A stretch of 64,000 nt of DNA from Methanobacteriota archaeon (GTDB taxonomy: Archaea; Thermoplasmatota; Poseidoniia; Poseidoniales; Thalassarchaeaceae): contig PBWO01000019.1 of the NCBI GenBank assembly GCA_002727275.1, forward strand, positions 15,260 through 79,259, written 5' to 3'. The translations under genes were made by a program, and so were the position numbers. A model generated the notes under the pieces. It did not search any database and was not told the origin of the DNA. It saw only the letters and a list, made by a program, of their open reading frames with translations. Positions 51,218-62,150 of the stretch are shown here, piece after piece; the stretch's first letter is position 1, and the number at the start of each line of letters is the position of its first letter.

Positions 51218-52273
51218 CTATTCAGACTCTTCATACCTTTGCTTAGCCAACTCTCGCATGTCTTCGTGATGTACTCCATCATCTATCCCTTCTTGATCAG
51301 ACTCATCAACAATCTCTACACCTAGCAATGTCTCAATCACGTCTTCCATGGTGATTAGTCCGACAGTTCCACCAAAGTCGTCCTTGACCATCAACATCTG
51401 AATCTTATTCTCCAATAGGACATCAAGTGCCTTATCTACAGAATCGTCCTGCTTACATGAGACGATATCTCTGGAAATTTGAGACATATTACTTGAATAA
51501 TCATCAACAGCGGCTCTACGAAGAATCTCACTTCTAAGGGCCATCCCCTTGATGTCATCTATACTATCGCCAGTAACAGGCATCCTGCCGTATATCATAA
51601 TGGGGATCCGATCTAGCACGTCTTTGACCGTCTCGTCTGCCTGTACAGTAGTAATCACTACTCTAGGAGTCATTACTTCGTTTACTGAAATCTCCTTCAA
51701 ACGTAGTACGTTCTGAATTACCGCTTCTTCATCTTCCTCAATCTGATCAGATTCTTCTGCAATGTCGGCAAGAACTGAAAGCTCAGTCCGAGTAACTGTC
51801 TCAGTCTCGACTGCAGGTAGTAACGATCGAGTAATTTCAATTGGCTTGACTATCACCCACAATAGGATCATCAAATAGTGCATTGCATAGTATGAAGGAA
51901 TGGTTAATCTCCTCCAGTAAAGAGCGCCAATGGTCTTAGGTAATATTTCGCTAAGTAATAGAATTGCAATGGTCAGTATTGCCGCAGAACCCGCAATTAC
52001 ATACTCGCCTTCGAATGCTTTCTCAACTTCAGAACCAACACCCAAAGCTCCAACGGTATGTGCTATAGTGTTGAGAGTTAGTATTGCTGTTAATGGACGC
52101 TCGGGATCATCTTTCCAATTATACCATACTGAACTAATTTTTTCATGTTTGTCAGATAATGATTTGATGTGCCCGTGTGATGTTGAAAGTAGTACGGCTT
52201 CTAGTATGCTGCATAGGAAAGACGCTCCCAGCGCAATCAACGCATAGGCAACAATCAACGTATAGTCACTCAA
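51218..52273 (-). CDS. CNNM/DUF21-CBS (CorC/hemolysin-like) protein
   Basis: SFLCSILEAVLLS, ILTLNTIAHTVGA, SEILPKT, VMTPR, GLITMEDVIE. Confidence 0.93.
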   Translation of the reverse strand: MSDYTLIVAYALIALGASFLCSILEAVLLSTSHGHIKSLSDKHEKISSVWYNWKDDPERPLTAILTLNTIAHTVGALGVGSEVEKAFEGEYVIAGSAAILTIAILLLSEILPKTIGALYWRRLTIPSYYAMHYLMILLWVIVKPIEITRSLLPAVETETVTRTELSVLADIAEESDQIEEDEEAVIQNVLRLKEISVNEVMTPRVVITTVQADETVKDVLDRIPIMIYGRMPVTGDSIDDIKGMALRSEILRRAAVDDYSSNMSQISRDIVSCKQDDSVDKALDVLLENKIQMLMVKDDFGGTVGLITMEDVIETLLGVEIVDESDQEGIDDGVHHEDMRELAKQRYEESE

Positions 52274-52380
52274 ATTCGGTGCCTCTCAGTTTTCCCATAT
52301 GTGGAAGAATGGAATTTGTACATCCCTAACCCTGCGGTGGGCGATTATGACATAAACATGTGGCTTCCCCAATCCGTGTT

Positions 52381-54585
52381 ATGGGTGCCAATTCTGACCG
52401 CGTTGCCATATTCATGGCATGGCCTTATGCAAATGGCCCTCTGCACCTTGGGCACGTAGCCGGAAACTGTCTACCGGCTGATATTCAGTACAAGTATGAG
52501 AGGGCCCGCGGTCGTAGAGTTTTGATGTGCAGCGGCTCAGATGAACATGGAACCCCAATCACCCTCACCGCTGAGCAAGAAGAAGTTCCGCCCCAGGAAA
52601 TAGTAGATCGTTTTCACGAAATTAATACTAAATCTCTAGAGGATCTTGGCTGTTCATGGGTGAATAATGTGGATTCGCGGGGCATAGAATACGGGGGGGC
52701 ACTATACAACAGAACAACCGACAAGTTGCACAAAGAAATTGTAAGAGAAGTTTTTCGGGATCTTCTTGAGGCAGGCTATTTAGAACAAACAACAATGCAA
52801 CAATATTGTTCAGTCTCTAATGGTCAAGTCAGATTCCTGCCAGATAGATACGTCGAGGGAACATGCCCTATTTGTGATGCTGATGGTGCTAGAGGAGATC
52901 AGTGTGATTCATGCGGAGCTACTTACGAGGCAAATCAGTTGCTGAATCCAGTATCCAAACTTGATCCGGATGCAGCCGTTGAAATCCGAGATACCGATCA
53001 TATGTTTTTCAGGTTAGATATGTTCCAAGAGCAACTTACTGAGAGATATGGGGTACAATCCAAGGTGTGGAAGCCCAATGTTCGTGCCATGACAAAAAAT
53101 TGGCTAGATATGGGCTTGCGCCCTAGAGCGGTAACTAGGGATATTGACTGGGGCATCACTCTACCCCTAGAGGGTGATGATTGGGATTCCAAGCGAGTTT
53201 ATGTTTGGTTCGAGGCCGTTCAAGGATACTATACATGTGCCCGTATATGGGCACAAAGATACGCAACTAATGCTGGACATCCCAGGGGACTTGATGCTTG
53301 GGAAGATTGGTGGAAGGTTGATTCAGATGGGCAGATTCCCAAACATATCTATTTCATGGGGAAAGACAACATCCCATTCCACACGATAATATGGCCTTCA
53401 ATAATCATGGGTATGAATTCAGCTGCTTCTGGTAATCCCCCAAGTAGTGCACCTAAACCAGGTGAACTAGCACTTGAAACCAATGTTCCAGCTAACGAGT
53501 ACCTGATGTTACAAGGAGGACAATTCAGTAAGAGTAGGAAACATGGAGTTTGGCTCCCTTCGTTTCTTGAAAGGTATGATCCAGATACATTGCGATATTA
53601 CTTGTCAATCAATATGCCAGAAGGGCACGATTCGGATTTCAGATGGGATGAGTATGTTGACCGCGTAAACAACGAGCTAATCGGTACATATGCTAATTTC
53701 GTGCACAGAGTGTTGACTCTAGCCCACAGACTTCCACATGACTCAGTGAATCCACTAGAACAATACTATGATCAATCCCTACATGGGGGCGAGATTTCAC
53801 AAGTTAGAGAATACCTCCAATCAGCTACAGATTCTTTGGAAAAACACCGTTTCAAAGAAGCATTGCGTAGTATCATGTCTATTGCCCAATTAGGTAATTC
53901 AATACTACAAGAAGCCGCGCCATGGAACCATCTCAAATCTCCTGAAAATCCTGATGCTAAGGAATCACTTTCTTCACTAGCGTATAGTTGGCTACTTTGT
54001 CGAGGTCTTGCAGTTACACTGCGTCCATTCATTCCATTCCAATCAGATAGGTTATGGGAGATGTTAGGATATTCTCAAGATATCGATACCGTTAATTGGC
54101 TTGATGCATTTAATTCGGACGAATTTTCTTGGAATAATAAGAGCCCGAATCCACTCTTCGAGCGTCTGGAATTAGAATCAATTCTTGAACATGAGAAATC
54201 ACTAGCAGATAGCAAGGACAATGAATCTTCACCTGATGAGGATGATACAGGAGATGGTCTAATCGACTTCGAGGATTTCGTAAAAGTTGAAATGAGGACT
54301 GGGAAGATTGTCTCAGTTGAGGATCATCCCAATGCAGACAAATTGTTCGTAGTTCAGATTCAGGATGGACCGGATTCAACTAGAACGGTCTGTGCTGGAT
54401 TGAAGGGACACTATACTGCATCTCAACTAGATGGCCTCGATGTTGTCTTCGTAGCTAATCTACGACCTCGTAAATTACGAGGAGTTTTGTCCGAGGGTAT
54501 GTTACTAGCAGCTGATGACGAAGACGGTAATGTTCGTGTGTTAACACCCGAATCTGATATGCCACCGGGCTCTCTAGTCAGATGA
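52381..54585 (+). CDS. metG: Methionine--tRNA ligase with C-terminal tRNA-binding domain
   Basis: PYANGPLHLGH, SGSDEHG, Zn knuckles, YVWFEA, GKDNIPFH, FSKS, SEGMLL. Confidence 0.97.
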   Translation: MGANSDRVAIFMAWPYANGPLHLGHVAGNCLPADIQYKYERARGRRVLMCSGSDEHGTPITLTAEQEEVPPQEIVDRFHEINTKSLEDLGCSWVNNVDSRGIEYGGALYNRTTDKLHKEIVREVFRDLLEAGYLEQTTMQQYCSVSNGQVRFLPDRYVEGTCPICDADGARGDQCDSCGATYEANQLLNPVSKLDPDAAVEIRDTDHMFFRLDMFQEQLTERYGVQSKVWKPNVRAMTKNWLDMGLRPRAVTRDIDWGITLPLEGDDWDSKRVYVWFEAVQGYYTCARIWAQRYATNAGHPRGLDAWEDWWKVDSDGQIPKHIYFMGKDNIPFHTIIWPSIIMGMNSAASGNPPSSAPKPGELALETNVPANEYLMLQGGQFSKSRKHGVWLPSFLERYDPDTLRYYLSINMPEGHDSDFRWDEYVDRVNNELIGTYANFVHRVLTLAHRLPHDSVNPLEQYYDQSLHGGEISQVREYLQSATDSLEKHRFKEALRSIMSIAQLGNSILQEAAPWNHLKSPENPDAKESLSSLAYSWLLCRGLAVTLRPFIPFQSDRLWEMLGYSQDIDTVNWLDAFNSDEFSWNNKSPNPLFERLELESILEHEKSLADSKDNESSPDEDDTGDGLIDFEDFVKVEMRTGKIVSVEDHPNADKLFVVQIQDGPDSTRTVCAGLKGHYTASQLDGLDVVFVANLRPRKLRGVLSEGMLLAADDEDGNVRVLTPESDMPPGSLVR

Positions 54586-55116
54586 TTTTGGTTCATCGAA
54601 GAATTCCCATTGAATTTTCACAAGTTCCTCGGTTGTTCTAGCACGACTATATGCCTCTAGAGGATGTTCATTCAATGACAGAAACTCATTACCATATGGT
54701 AACTCATTCAATATCGATTTAGCTTGACCAACTCTGCCCAATATTATCAGCGATGCTGCAATAGCTTCTGCAGTTGAAAGCCTACCGGGCTTACCCCATG
54801 ATACTGGATTTGCAGCCAACAATACAGGAAGAGTGCGCGGAATCAAACTTGTTGACTTAGTAATCGAGTCGATTGATGGTCTAATCTGCTTCCACGAGCA
54901 GTCTAAGGCGACTACTGAGCCACCCACATCGATTATTCTACTATCTTCGGGGCCTTGTATTGAGCCACTTGTAGGATCCAGTAGTATTCCTCTGGATGGT
55001 GCTCCGGATGTATCTTGATGCAGTGTGGCCAATCCTGCTGCAGAGATTGCCCTAGCAGTACACTTCTTAGGGTCATCTTGGTCGAGATGGATTATATGAA
55101 TTGGAACAATTTCCAT
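54574..55116 (-). CDS. tsr3: rRNA aminocarboxypropyltransferase Tsr3
   Basis: DPKKCT, LDCSW, RTLPVLLAANPVSWG..LSTAEA. Confidence 0.93.
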   Translation of the reverse strand: MEIVPIHIIHLDQDDPKKCTARAISAAGLATLHQDTSGAPSRGILLDPTSGSIQGPEDSRIIDVGGSVVALDCSWKQIRPSIDSITKSTSLIPRTLPVLLAANPVSWGKPGRLSTAEAIAASLIILGRVGQAKSILNELPYGNEFLSLNEHPLEAYSRARTTEELVKIQWEFFDEPKSSD

Positions 55117-55593
55117 TTAATCACCCTGCTGTAGGAATTCATCTAACGCATCAGCAATAGTCATCCCTCTTGATGATGTGCGCGATACCATGGAATCCCT
55201 GCCAGCATCGGATTCTTCTCTTAGATTAACATCGAGTACTTTCTCTAGTTTGTTTATTAGATCATCAGTAGGCCTAGTTCCAGATTCCGCCTTCTGTATC
55301 GAATTTATTCTAACATTCATTCTGTTAGCCAATTCCTTCTGACTCCACCCCATATTCTCACGTGCATTCCTCAATCTAATATGGAAATCATTGGATAGTT
55401 CATGTTCATTATTCTCATGAATAGTACGTGTAGATGTCTTTCGTACTTTTACTGGATTTTGCTCAAAAGGCGACTTATGCAACTCAATACCCATCGAATC
55501 TGTGCATTTTGAGCATACATCCAGTGTAACGTTAGAAACTATTCCTCTATTGGTTGAAACACCCTCGGCACCACACAATTCGCATACAGCCAT
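55117..55593 (-). CDS. Archaeal multiprotein bridging factor aMBF1
   Basis: CELCG..VCSKC Zn ribbon plus Cro-type HTH (ARENMGWSQKELA); divergent from pan. Confidence 0.9.
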   Translation of the reverse strand: MAVCELCGAEGVSTNRGIVSNVTLDVCSKCTDSMGIELHKSPFEQNPVKVRKTSTRTIHENNEHELSNDFHIRLRNARENMGWSQKELANRMNVRINSIQKAESGTRPTDDLINKLEKVLDVNLREESDAGRDSMVSRTSSRGMTIADALDEFLQQGD

Positions 55594-55668
55594 GGGCCTC
55601 ACAGGGGTCATTATCGGATTACTCTTAGGGAAGGAAGCATCAATAATGCAGTGGCCGTAATCACAATC

Positions 55669-56877
55669 ATGGCTGAGGCAGATGATAGCCCCCGCGGAGA
55701 TGATTTGAGCCAGGATTCATTGACTCAGTTACGTAGGGAATTTAAGGACCTGTCAAGTAATGCCCAGCAATTATTGACTGAGAAATTATATCTTGAGAAT
55801 GAATGTTCTAGGCTAAAGAAAAGAGTAAATTCACTAGATGAAGAAATTCGCTCGCTTCGTAAACCACCATTCGTAGTCGGTCATGTTCAAGATAGGGTCG
55901 ATGACAAGGCGGTTGTCAGGAGTTCTAATGGGACAGTATTCTTAGTTACTATAAACAGTAGAATTGACGCAGAAAATATCAAGCCGGGGGCTAGAGTAGC
56001 ACTGAATCAGGATTCACTATCAATAATCGAGGTTTTGAACGACTCTTGGGATCCAATAGTTACCAGTGCAGAAATTCTTGAAAGGCCCGACAGTAGTTTC
56101 GACGATCTAGGAGGTTTAAATGCGCAAATCAAAGAATTACGAGAGTCGATCGAGTTACCATTGAATCGTCCTGAATCTTTCATAGAATTTGGTATCACCC
56201 CACCTAAGGGAGTTTTACTCACAGGCCCTCCGGGTACAGGAAAGACGGTGTTAGCAAAGGCCATTGCTAACTCAACTGATGTCACATTTCTGGGGCTAGT
56301 GGGTTCTGAGTTGGCACAGAAGTACATCGGTGAAGGAGGCCGTATAGTTAGAGAATTATTCGACTTGGCTAGGGAACGCAGTCCTGCAATAATTTTCATT
56401 GATGAAATTGATTCTATTGGCTCCAAGAGATTAGATGTTGCAACGTCCGGAGACCGTGAAGTTCAGAGAACATTGATGCAGTTACTAGCAGAGTTAGATG
56501 GATTTGATGCATTAGATGATGTCAAGATAATCGCTGCTACAAATCGTCCTGAATTACTAGATCCTGCACTCCTGAGGCCAGGTAGATTTGATAGAGTAAT
56601 CAATATTGACTTGCCCAATGTTGAAGCCCGTGAGAGTATATTTGGAGTATATTGTAGAAATCTTCCTATGAAAGATAATATCGATACCAGAAAGCTTGCA
56701 ATTACTTCAGAAGGTTTCAGTGGTGCTGAAATCAAGTCTGTTGTCACAGAAGCTGCAATGACAGCTATTTCGGAAGGCAGAGATTCATGCCAGGAAGACG
56801 ATTTCTCTAGTGCTATGACTAAGGTTAGAGAAAAGCGAGAGTCAGGAGTTGAGTCCCCTGATGAGTTATATGGCTAA
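55669..56877 (+). CDS. pan: Proteasome-activating nucleotidase
   Basis: N-terminal coiled coil/OB, GPPGTGKT, IFIDEID, DREVQRT, RPGRFDR; C-terminal HbYX motif (LYG). Confidence 0.96.
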   Translation: MAEADDSPRGDDLSQDSLTQLRREFKDLSSNAQQLLTEKLYLENECSRLKKRVNSLDEEIRSLRKPPFVVGHVQDRVDDKAVVRSSNGTVFLVTINSRIDAENIKPGARVALNQDSLSIIEVLNDSWDPIVTSAEILERPDSSFDDLGGLNAQIKELRESIELPLNRPESFIEFGITPPKGVLLTGPPGTGKTVLAKAIANSTDVTFLGLVGSELAQKYIGEGGRIVRELFDLARERSPAIIFIDEIDSIGSKRLDVATSGDREVQRTLMQLLAELDGFDALDDVKIIAATNRPELLDPALLRPGRFDRVINIDLPNVEARESIFGVYCRNLPMKDNIDTRKLAITSEGFSGAEIKSVVTEAAMTAISEGRDSCQEDDFSSAMTKVREKRESGVESPDELYG

Positions 56878-56915
56878 TCAGCAATGCTCATCAGCGAGCG
56901 CTACGACCCCCTGTC

Positions 56916-57947
56916 ATGACACAACGCTTGGTAGAGTGTGTTCCTAACTTCAGTGAAGGCAGGGATAGTTCAGTCATCGATTCAATCGTCCAACCGATCA
57001 TGGACAATCACGATGTTTCACTGCTTGACATCGACATGGGTGCAGACTTCAATCGAACAGTCGTCACCATGGTAGGAGAACCAGAAGCAGTATTGCAGAC
57101 AGTCATTGAATGCACTCGAGTTGCATTGGATATGATCGACATGAGTCAACATTCAGGTGAGCATGCAAGAATGGGGGCAGTAGATGTCGTACCATTTATT
57201 CCAATTAGTGGGGTTACTATGGATGAATGTGTTGAGCTTTCTCGCAGATTCGCTAAGGCCGTGTCTCGAGAACATTCTCTACCAGTATACCTCTATGCAA
57301 ATTCAGCTACTACAGAACAGAGAGTACGATTACCCGATATCAGGAAGGGCGAATATGAGGGGCTATCTGAAAAGATTGTCAAAGATGAGTGGCTTCCCGA
57401 TTATGGTCCCGCAGAGTTCAAACCATCTATGGGGGCTACAGCAACAGGCGCAAGGAGTCTTCTAATTGCTTACAATGTAAATCTCAATACTCATGATAAA
57501 TCCAAAGCTAACTCTATCGCATCAAAGATTAGAACTAGTGGTTCAATAATCAAGGATGCAGATGGTGTTACTATGCGTGGAGAAGATGGTAAACCACTCA
57601 GAGATCCTGGAATATTCAAGCACTTACAGGCTGCAGGATGGATGTATGATGAAGATACAGCTCAGGTATCTATGAACTTGCTAGATTACTCAGTAACCGG
57701 ACTGCATGATGTCACAGAAGCCATACGTGTAGAGGCGGAAAAAATTGGGCTTTCTATTGTTGCTAGTGAATTAGTTGGACTAGTTCCACTAAATGCTATG
57801 CTAGATGCGGGGCGTCATTACAATGGCAATATTGTTGCTGATGATGAATCACTAGTACGTATTGCAATAGATGGGCTAATGTTAGAAGTTTTATCTGAGT
57901 TTGAGCCATATAATAGCATCATAGAATGGGCAATACAGGAGAGATAG
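56916..57947 (+). CDS. ftcD: Glutamate formiminotransferase
   Basis: LVECVPNFSEGR, NRTVVT, HARMGAVDVVPF, IRKGEYEG, LIAYN, AQVSMN. Confidence 0.94.
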   Translation: MTQRLVECVPNFSEGRDSSVIDSIVQPIMDNHDVSLLDIDMGADFNRTVVTMVGEPEAVLQTVIECTRVALDMIDMSQHSGEHARMGAVDVVPFIPISGVTMDECVELSRRFAKAVSREHSLPVYLYANSATTEQRVRLPDIRKGEYEGLSEKIVKDEWLPDYGPAEFKPSMGATATGARSLLIAYNVNLNTHDKSKANSIASKIRTSGSIIKDADGVTMRGEDGKPLRDPGIFKHLQAAGWMYDEDTAQVSMNLLDYSVTGLHDVTEAIRVEAEKIGLSIVASELVGLVPLNAMLDAGRHYNGNIVADDESLVRIAIDGLMLEVLSEFEPYNSIIEWAIQER

Positions 57948-57948
57948 T

Positions 57949-58566
57949 ATGAATGATGGATACATATCGATTCTGAATTCAATTGCATCATCTAATCCCA
58001 CACCAGGAGGAGGTTCGGTAGCTGCTTTGAGTCTAGCACACGCGCATTCACTTGCCACTATGGTATCTCATCTCACTCTGAAAAGTGACAAATGGTCTGA
58101 AGGACATGGTATTGCAAATATGATAGTTCAGGATTCCGATGAACGTATTGATGAAGCAATTACACTCGCTGAAAAGGATGCATTAGCATTTGATGCAGTG
58201 ATGGCTGCCTACCGGCTACCTAAGGATGAAGATGACTCCACTAAACGTTCTGATGCTATTAGAGAGGCAACAATTGTAGCTGCACTGGCCCCACTCGAAA
58301 CCGCACAGGCCGCACACTCATTATTGAAACAAATATTGGTTTTATGTCGTGGTTGCAATTCTAATGCCCTGACAGATCTTGCAGCTTCTGCCGAATTGGC
58401 AAGAACTTCTGCAATAATTGCTCAGATGAATGTGAGGATAAACACTCAGTACGTTAGTGGAAATGATGTAGATACCATAGAACATGACATTGACATTGTA
58501 ATCACGGACTGTGAAAAGATAATGTCCGAATTACGCGACACATGCACGGATAGATTAGGTTGGTGA
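57949..58566 (+). CDS. Formiminotetrahydrofolate cyclodeaminase
   Basis: PTPGGGSVAAL, D..AF..VMAAY.LPK, NALTD, NVRIN. Confidence 0.92.
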   Translation: MNDGYISILNSIASSNPTPGGGSVAALSLAHAHSLATMVSHLTLKSDKWSEGHGIANMIVQDSDERIDEAITLAEKDALAFDAVMAAYRLPKDEDDSTKRSDAIREATIVAALAPLETAQAAHSLLKQILVLCRGCNSNALTDLAASAELARTSAIIAQMNVRINTQYVSGNDVDTIEHDIDIVITDCEKIMSELRDTCTDRLGW

Positions 58567-58570
58567 GAAT

Positions 58571-60574
58571 TTGATTGATTATTCGGTTGGTATTCCATCA
58601 GAATTACCTCCTCCCCAACCCTTGGATAATTCTGTTCCACACGCCCCTAGTCGCCCTCAAGTATTGGATGATATTGACAAGAGATTAGCAATAGAGAATT
58701 CACTAAGGTATTTCCCTCCTGAATGGCATCAAGAACTGGCAATTGAATTCTTGAATGAATTAGAACTGTTTGGTCATATCTACATGTATCGATTTAGGCC
58801 AACTTACAGCATGCATGCGAGACATATTTCGGAATATGCCGCAAACAGTAATTCCGCTGCTGCAATAATGCTCATGATTCAGAATAATTTGGATCCCAAT
58901 GTCGCCCAATTTCCTCACGAATTGGTAACATACGGTACGAATGGCTCGGTTTTTCAGAATTGGGCGCAATATCTGCTTACAATGCAATATCTGTCTAAAA
59001 TGAATGATAATCAAACACTCGTCATGTATTCAGGTCATCCATTGGGAGTATTTCCTTCCTCGGCAGAATCACCAATGGCAGTGGTTACTAACGGAATGGT
59101 AATTCCCAATTATTCTAAACAAGAAGATTACGAGAGGATGAATGCACTGGGAGTATCCCAATATGGGCAGATGACAGCTGGCTCGTACATGTATATTGGA
59201 CCCCAAGGTATCGTTCACGGAACTACAATTACTATCCTTAATGCTGCTCGAAAGTACCTTAATCTGCAAGACCGAGATGATTTAGGCGGTGTATTGTATG
59301 TGACTTCAGGACTTGGTGGTATGTCCGGCGCACAAGCAAAAGCCACTGTAATTGCAGGCGCGGTTTGCATAATTGCTGAAATTGATCCAGTTGCTGCAAA
59401 CAAGAGGCATTCTCAGGGATGGTTGACTGAACTTTACGATGATTTGGATGAGTTGACATTCCGCGCAAGAAGTGCAATCGAGAATAAAGAAGCGGTTTCC
59501 ATTGGATATCTAGGTAATATTGTAGACCTATTAGAGCATCTTGTCGAGTCACAAGTTACTCCAGACTTAGCCAGTGACCAAACCAGTCTACATAATCCGT
59601 GGCTAGGTGGATACATGCCCGCTGGTATCGATTTCGAACACGGTAGAAAATTACTCACTGATGATCCAGTCAAATTCAAAAATATGGTTAAGAAAAGTTT
59701 GCGTAGACATGTGGAATGTATCAACAAATTATGTGATAGAGGTACTATATTCTGGGATTATGGTAATGCATTTCTCCTCGAGTCCGGACGTGCTGGTGCC
59801 AATGTAATGAACGAAGATGGTTCATTCAGATACCCTTCTTATGTTGAAGATATAATGGGCCCTATGTGCTTTGATTATGGATTCGGCCCTTTCCGATGGG
59901 TATGTACTTCAGGCAATAGCAAAGATCTCCATGTTACAGACCAAATTGCAATCGAAATATTACGTGAGCTTTCGGATAATTGTACTGCTGAAATACATAC
60001 TCAATATGAAGATAATATTCGTTGGATTGTCGAAGCTGACAAACACGACCTAGTTGTTGGCAGTAAAGCTAGAATTCTTTATGCCGACGAAAAAGGACGT
60101 ACTAGGATTGCAATGGAGTTCAACCGTGCAATTGCGGATGGAAGAATCAGTGCCCCCATTGTCTTGGGCAGGGATCATCATGATGTCGGTGGAACAGATA
60201 GCCCATATCGTGAAACTGCAAACATTCACGATGGTTCAATGTTTACAGCCGATATGGCAGTACACAATTTTGTTGGGGATTCGTTTCGTGGGGCAACTTG
60301 GACCAGCCTTCATAATGGAGGAGGTGTGGGTTGGGGCGAGGTAATAAACGGTGGATTTGGATTATTTATCGATGGTAGTGATGAATCGTCAAGGAGAATT
60401 GAATCAATGATTTCTTGGGATGTAATCAATGGTTTAGCAAGGAGATCGTGGGCACGTAATTCAGGAGCAATGAGTACCGTTTCTCAAGCATCAGAATTGA
60501 ATAATCAGTTAGACGTTACAATGCCAAATATTGTCGATAGTAATGTATTGGATAGTGTGTTTAAGTCTCGATGA
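58571..60574 (+). CDS. hutU: Urocanate hydratase, long (UROC1-like) form
   Basis: HIYMYRFRP, NNLD, QNWAQ, GQMTAGSYMYIGPQGIVHGT, GLGGMSGAQ, GRDHHD, HNGGGVGWG. Confidence 0.96.
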   Translation: MIDYSVGIPSELPPPQPLDNSVPHAPSRPQVLDDIDKRLAIENSLRYFPPEWHQELAIEFLNELELFGHIYMYRFRPTYSMHARHISEYAANSNSAAAIMLMIQNNLDPNVAQFPHELVTYGTNGSVFQNWAQYLLTMQYLSKMNDNQTLVMYSGHPLGVFPSSAESPMAVVTNGMVIPNYSKQEDYERMNALGVSQYGQMTAGSYMYIGPQGIVHGTTITILNAARKYLNLQDRDDLGGVLYVTSGLGGMSGAQAKATVIAGAVCIIAEIDPVAANKRHSQGWLTELYDDLDELTFRARSAIENKEAVSIGYLGNIVDLLEHLVESQVTPDLASDQTSLHNPWLGGYMPAGIDFEHGRKLLTDDPVKFKNMVKKSLRRHVECINKLCDRGTIFWDYGNAFLLESGRAGANVMNEDGSFRYPSYVEDIMGPMCFDYGFGPFRWVCTSGNSKDLHVTDQIAIEILRELSDNCTAEIHTQYEDNIRWIVEADKHDLVVGSKARILYADEKGRTRIAMEFNRAIADGRISAPIVLGRDHHDVGGTDSPYRETANIHDGSMFTADMAVHNFVGDSFRGATWTSLHNGGGVGWGEVINGGFGLFIDGSDESSRRIESMISWDVINGLARRSWARNSGAMSTVSQASELNNQLDVTMPNIVDSNVLDSVFKSR

Positions 60575-60604
60575 CTCTATTTGAGTATCTCTTGTCGCTA
60601 TTTC

Positions 60605-62128
60605 GTGCGCGACGTTGCGATTGATGGTATTACACTGAATCTGGAAGATGCGGTCGCTTTGTCATTCGGAATGGCAAGGGCTAACCTTTCTGACAAGGCA
60701 ATTCACTCAATGTTAGCTTCTCGCTCAGCCATTGAACATATCATTCAATCAGACAAGGTTGTCTATGGAATTAATACTGGATTCGGAGCAATGTCTTCAG
60801 TGCGAATTGATGGAAATGATCTAGAAGATTTGCAGGCCAACCTAATCAGAAGTCATGCCTGTGGAGTAGGCGAGTTAATGGAGCCTGAACATGTCCTTCT
60901 GATGATGATATTTAGAGCGAATTCTCTGGCTAAAGGAGTTTCAGGAATACGTCCCGAAATTGTAAAAATGCTACTTGAAATGGTCAACCAAGGAATTGCA
61001 CCTGTGGTCCCTAGGATTGGCTCACTTGGAGCATCGGGGGACTTAGCACCACTCTCACATATGTCCTTGGCATTATTGGTAGAAGGGGAATGTATGATCA
61101 GGTCCGATTCTGGATGGGAAAAAATTCCTAGTACTGAGGCATTATCTAATGCGGGCCTAAATCCTGTTAAATTGCATGCTAAAGAAGGGCTTTCGTTAAT
61201 CAACGGGACAAGTCAAATGTGTGCCTATCTCGCAATTACGTTGCTCAATATGGAAAAGCTCGTCATGGCTGCTGATGCTAGTGTAGCGTGCTCAGTAGAG
61301 GCAATAAGAGGCTCGCATGCTCCATTTGATGCTAGGATTCACCTAAATAGGCCACAACGCGGACAATCAATATCATCTGCTAGAATAACACAATTTGTTA
61401 TTGATTCGGATATCAACGAATCACATGCTAATTGCGACCGTGTTCAAGATGCATATTGTTTCAGATGTGCGCCTCAAGTACATGGACCAGTAATCGATCT
61501 ATTATCCGAGACGCGCCGGATGTTGGAGATTGAAATTAACAGTGCAACTGACAATCCATTAGTTTTCGTAGATGAAGAGGGAGTAGATATTGTCAGTGGA
61601 GGTAATTTCCATGGTCAGAACCTTGCACTTGCTAGCGACTCAATAGCCATTGCATGTCACGAATTAGCCAGTATCTCTGAAAGACGTATCAATCAAGTCC
61701 TAGATCCCAATTGGAGCGGACAGAAAGCGTTCCTAGCTAAGTCGGAAGGTCTTGAAAGTGGTTACATGATTATCCAATATGTAGCAGCAGCTTGCATAGC
61801 AGAACTGCATTTACTAGCAAATCCTACTACAACTTCGAATATTCCAGTTAGTATGGGTAAAGAAGACCACGTCTCAATGGGCGCAACCGGAACATACCGC
61901 TCACTAAAATCAACTCAGTTACTGTCTCAGGTACTAGCTAACGAACTAATATGTTCAGCCGAAGCAATCGAACGGATATCTGAGTTACCAGGTGTCGGAG
62001 TTTCAAAGATAATTGAATGGGTCAGAAATCATGTTTCGCCATTTGAAGGTGATAGGGTTATGTCTACAGAGTGTGAAAGCCTTTCCAATAATTTGTTGAA
62101 TGGTGGCTTACAAGCCATTTTCGAGTGA
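60605..62128 (+). CDS. hutH: Histidine ammonia-lyase
   Basis: VYGINTGFG, GASGDLAPL (MIO), KEGLSLING, QDAY.FRC.PQVHG, SGGNFHG, EDHVSMG; start is GTG 60605 or TTG 60581. Confidence 0.96.
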   Translation: MRDVAIDGITLNLEDAVALSFGMARANLSDKAIHSMLASRSAIEHIIQSDKVVYGINTGFGAMSSVRIDGNDLEDLQANLIRSHACGVGELMEPEHVLLMMIFRANSLAKGVSGIRPEIVKMLLEMVNQGIAPVVPRIGSLGASGDLAPLSHMSLALLVEGECMIRSDSGWEKIPSTEALSNAGLNPVKLHAKEGLSLINGTSQMCAYLAITLLNMEKLVMAADASVACSVEAIRGSHAPFDARIHLNRPQRGQSISSARITQFVIDSDINESHANCDRVQDAYCFRCAPQVHGPVIDLLSETRRMLEIEINSATDNPLVFVDEEGVDIVSGGNFHGQNLALASDSIAIACHELASISERRINQVLDPNWSGQKAFLAKSEGLESGYMIIQYVAAACIAELHLLANPTTTSNIPVSMGKEDHVSMGATGTYRSLKSTQLLSQVLANELICSAEAIERISELPGVGVSKIIEWVRNHVSPFEGDRVMSTECESLSNNLLNGGLQAIFE

Positions 62129-62150
62129 TATTATGCAAGAGAAACTGCAT

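Noticed and set aside
57945-57951. Possible broken bifunctional FTCD fusion
   Set aside because: The two ORFs are in different frames with a clean stop and ATG; split forms are common in prokaryotes
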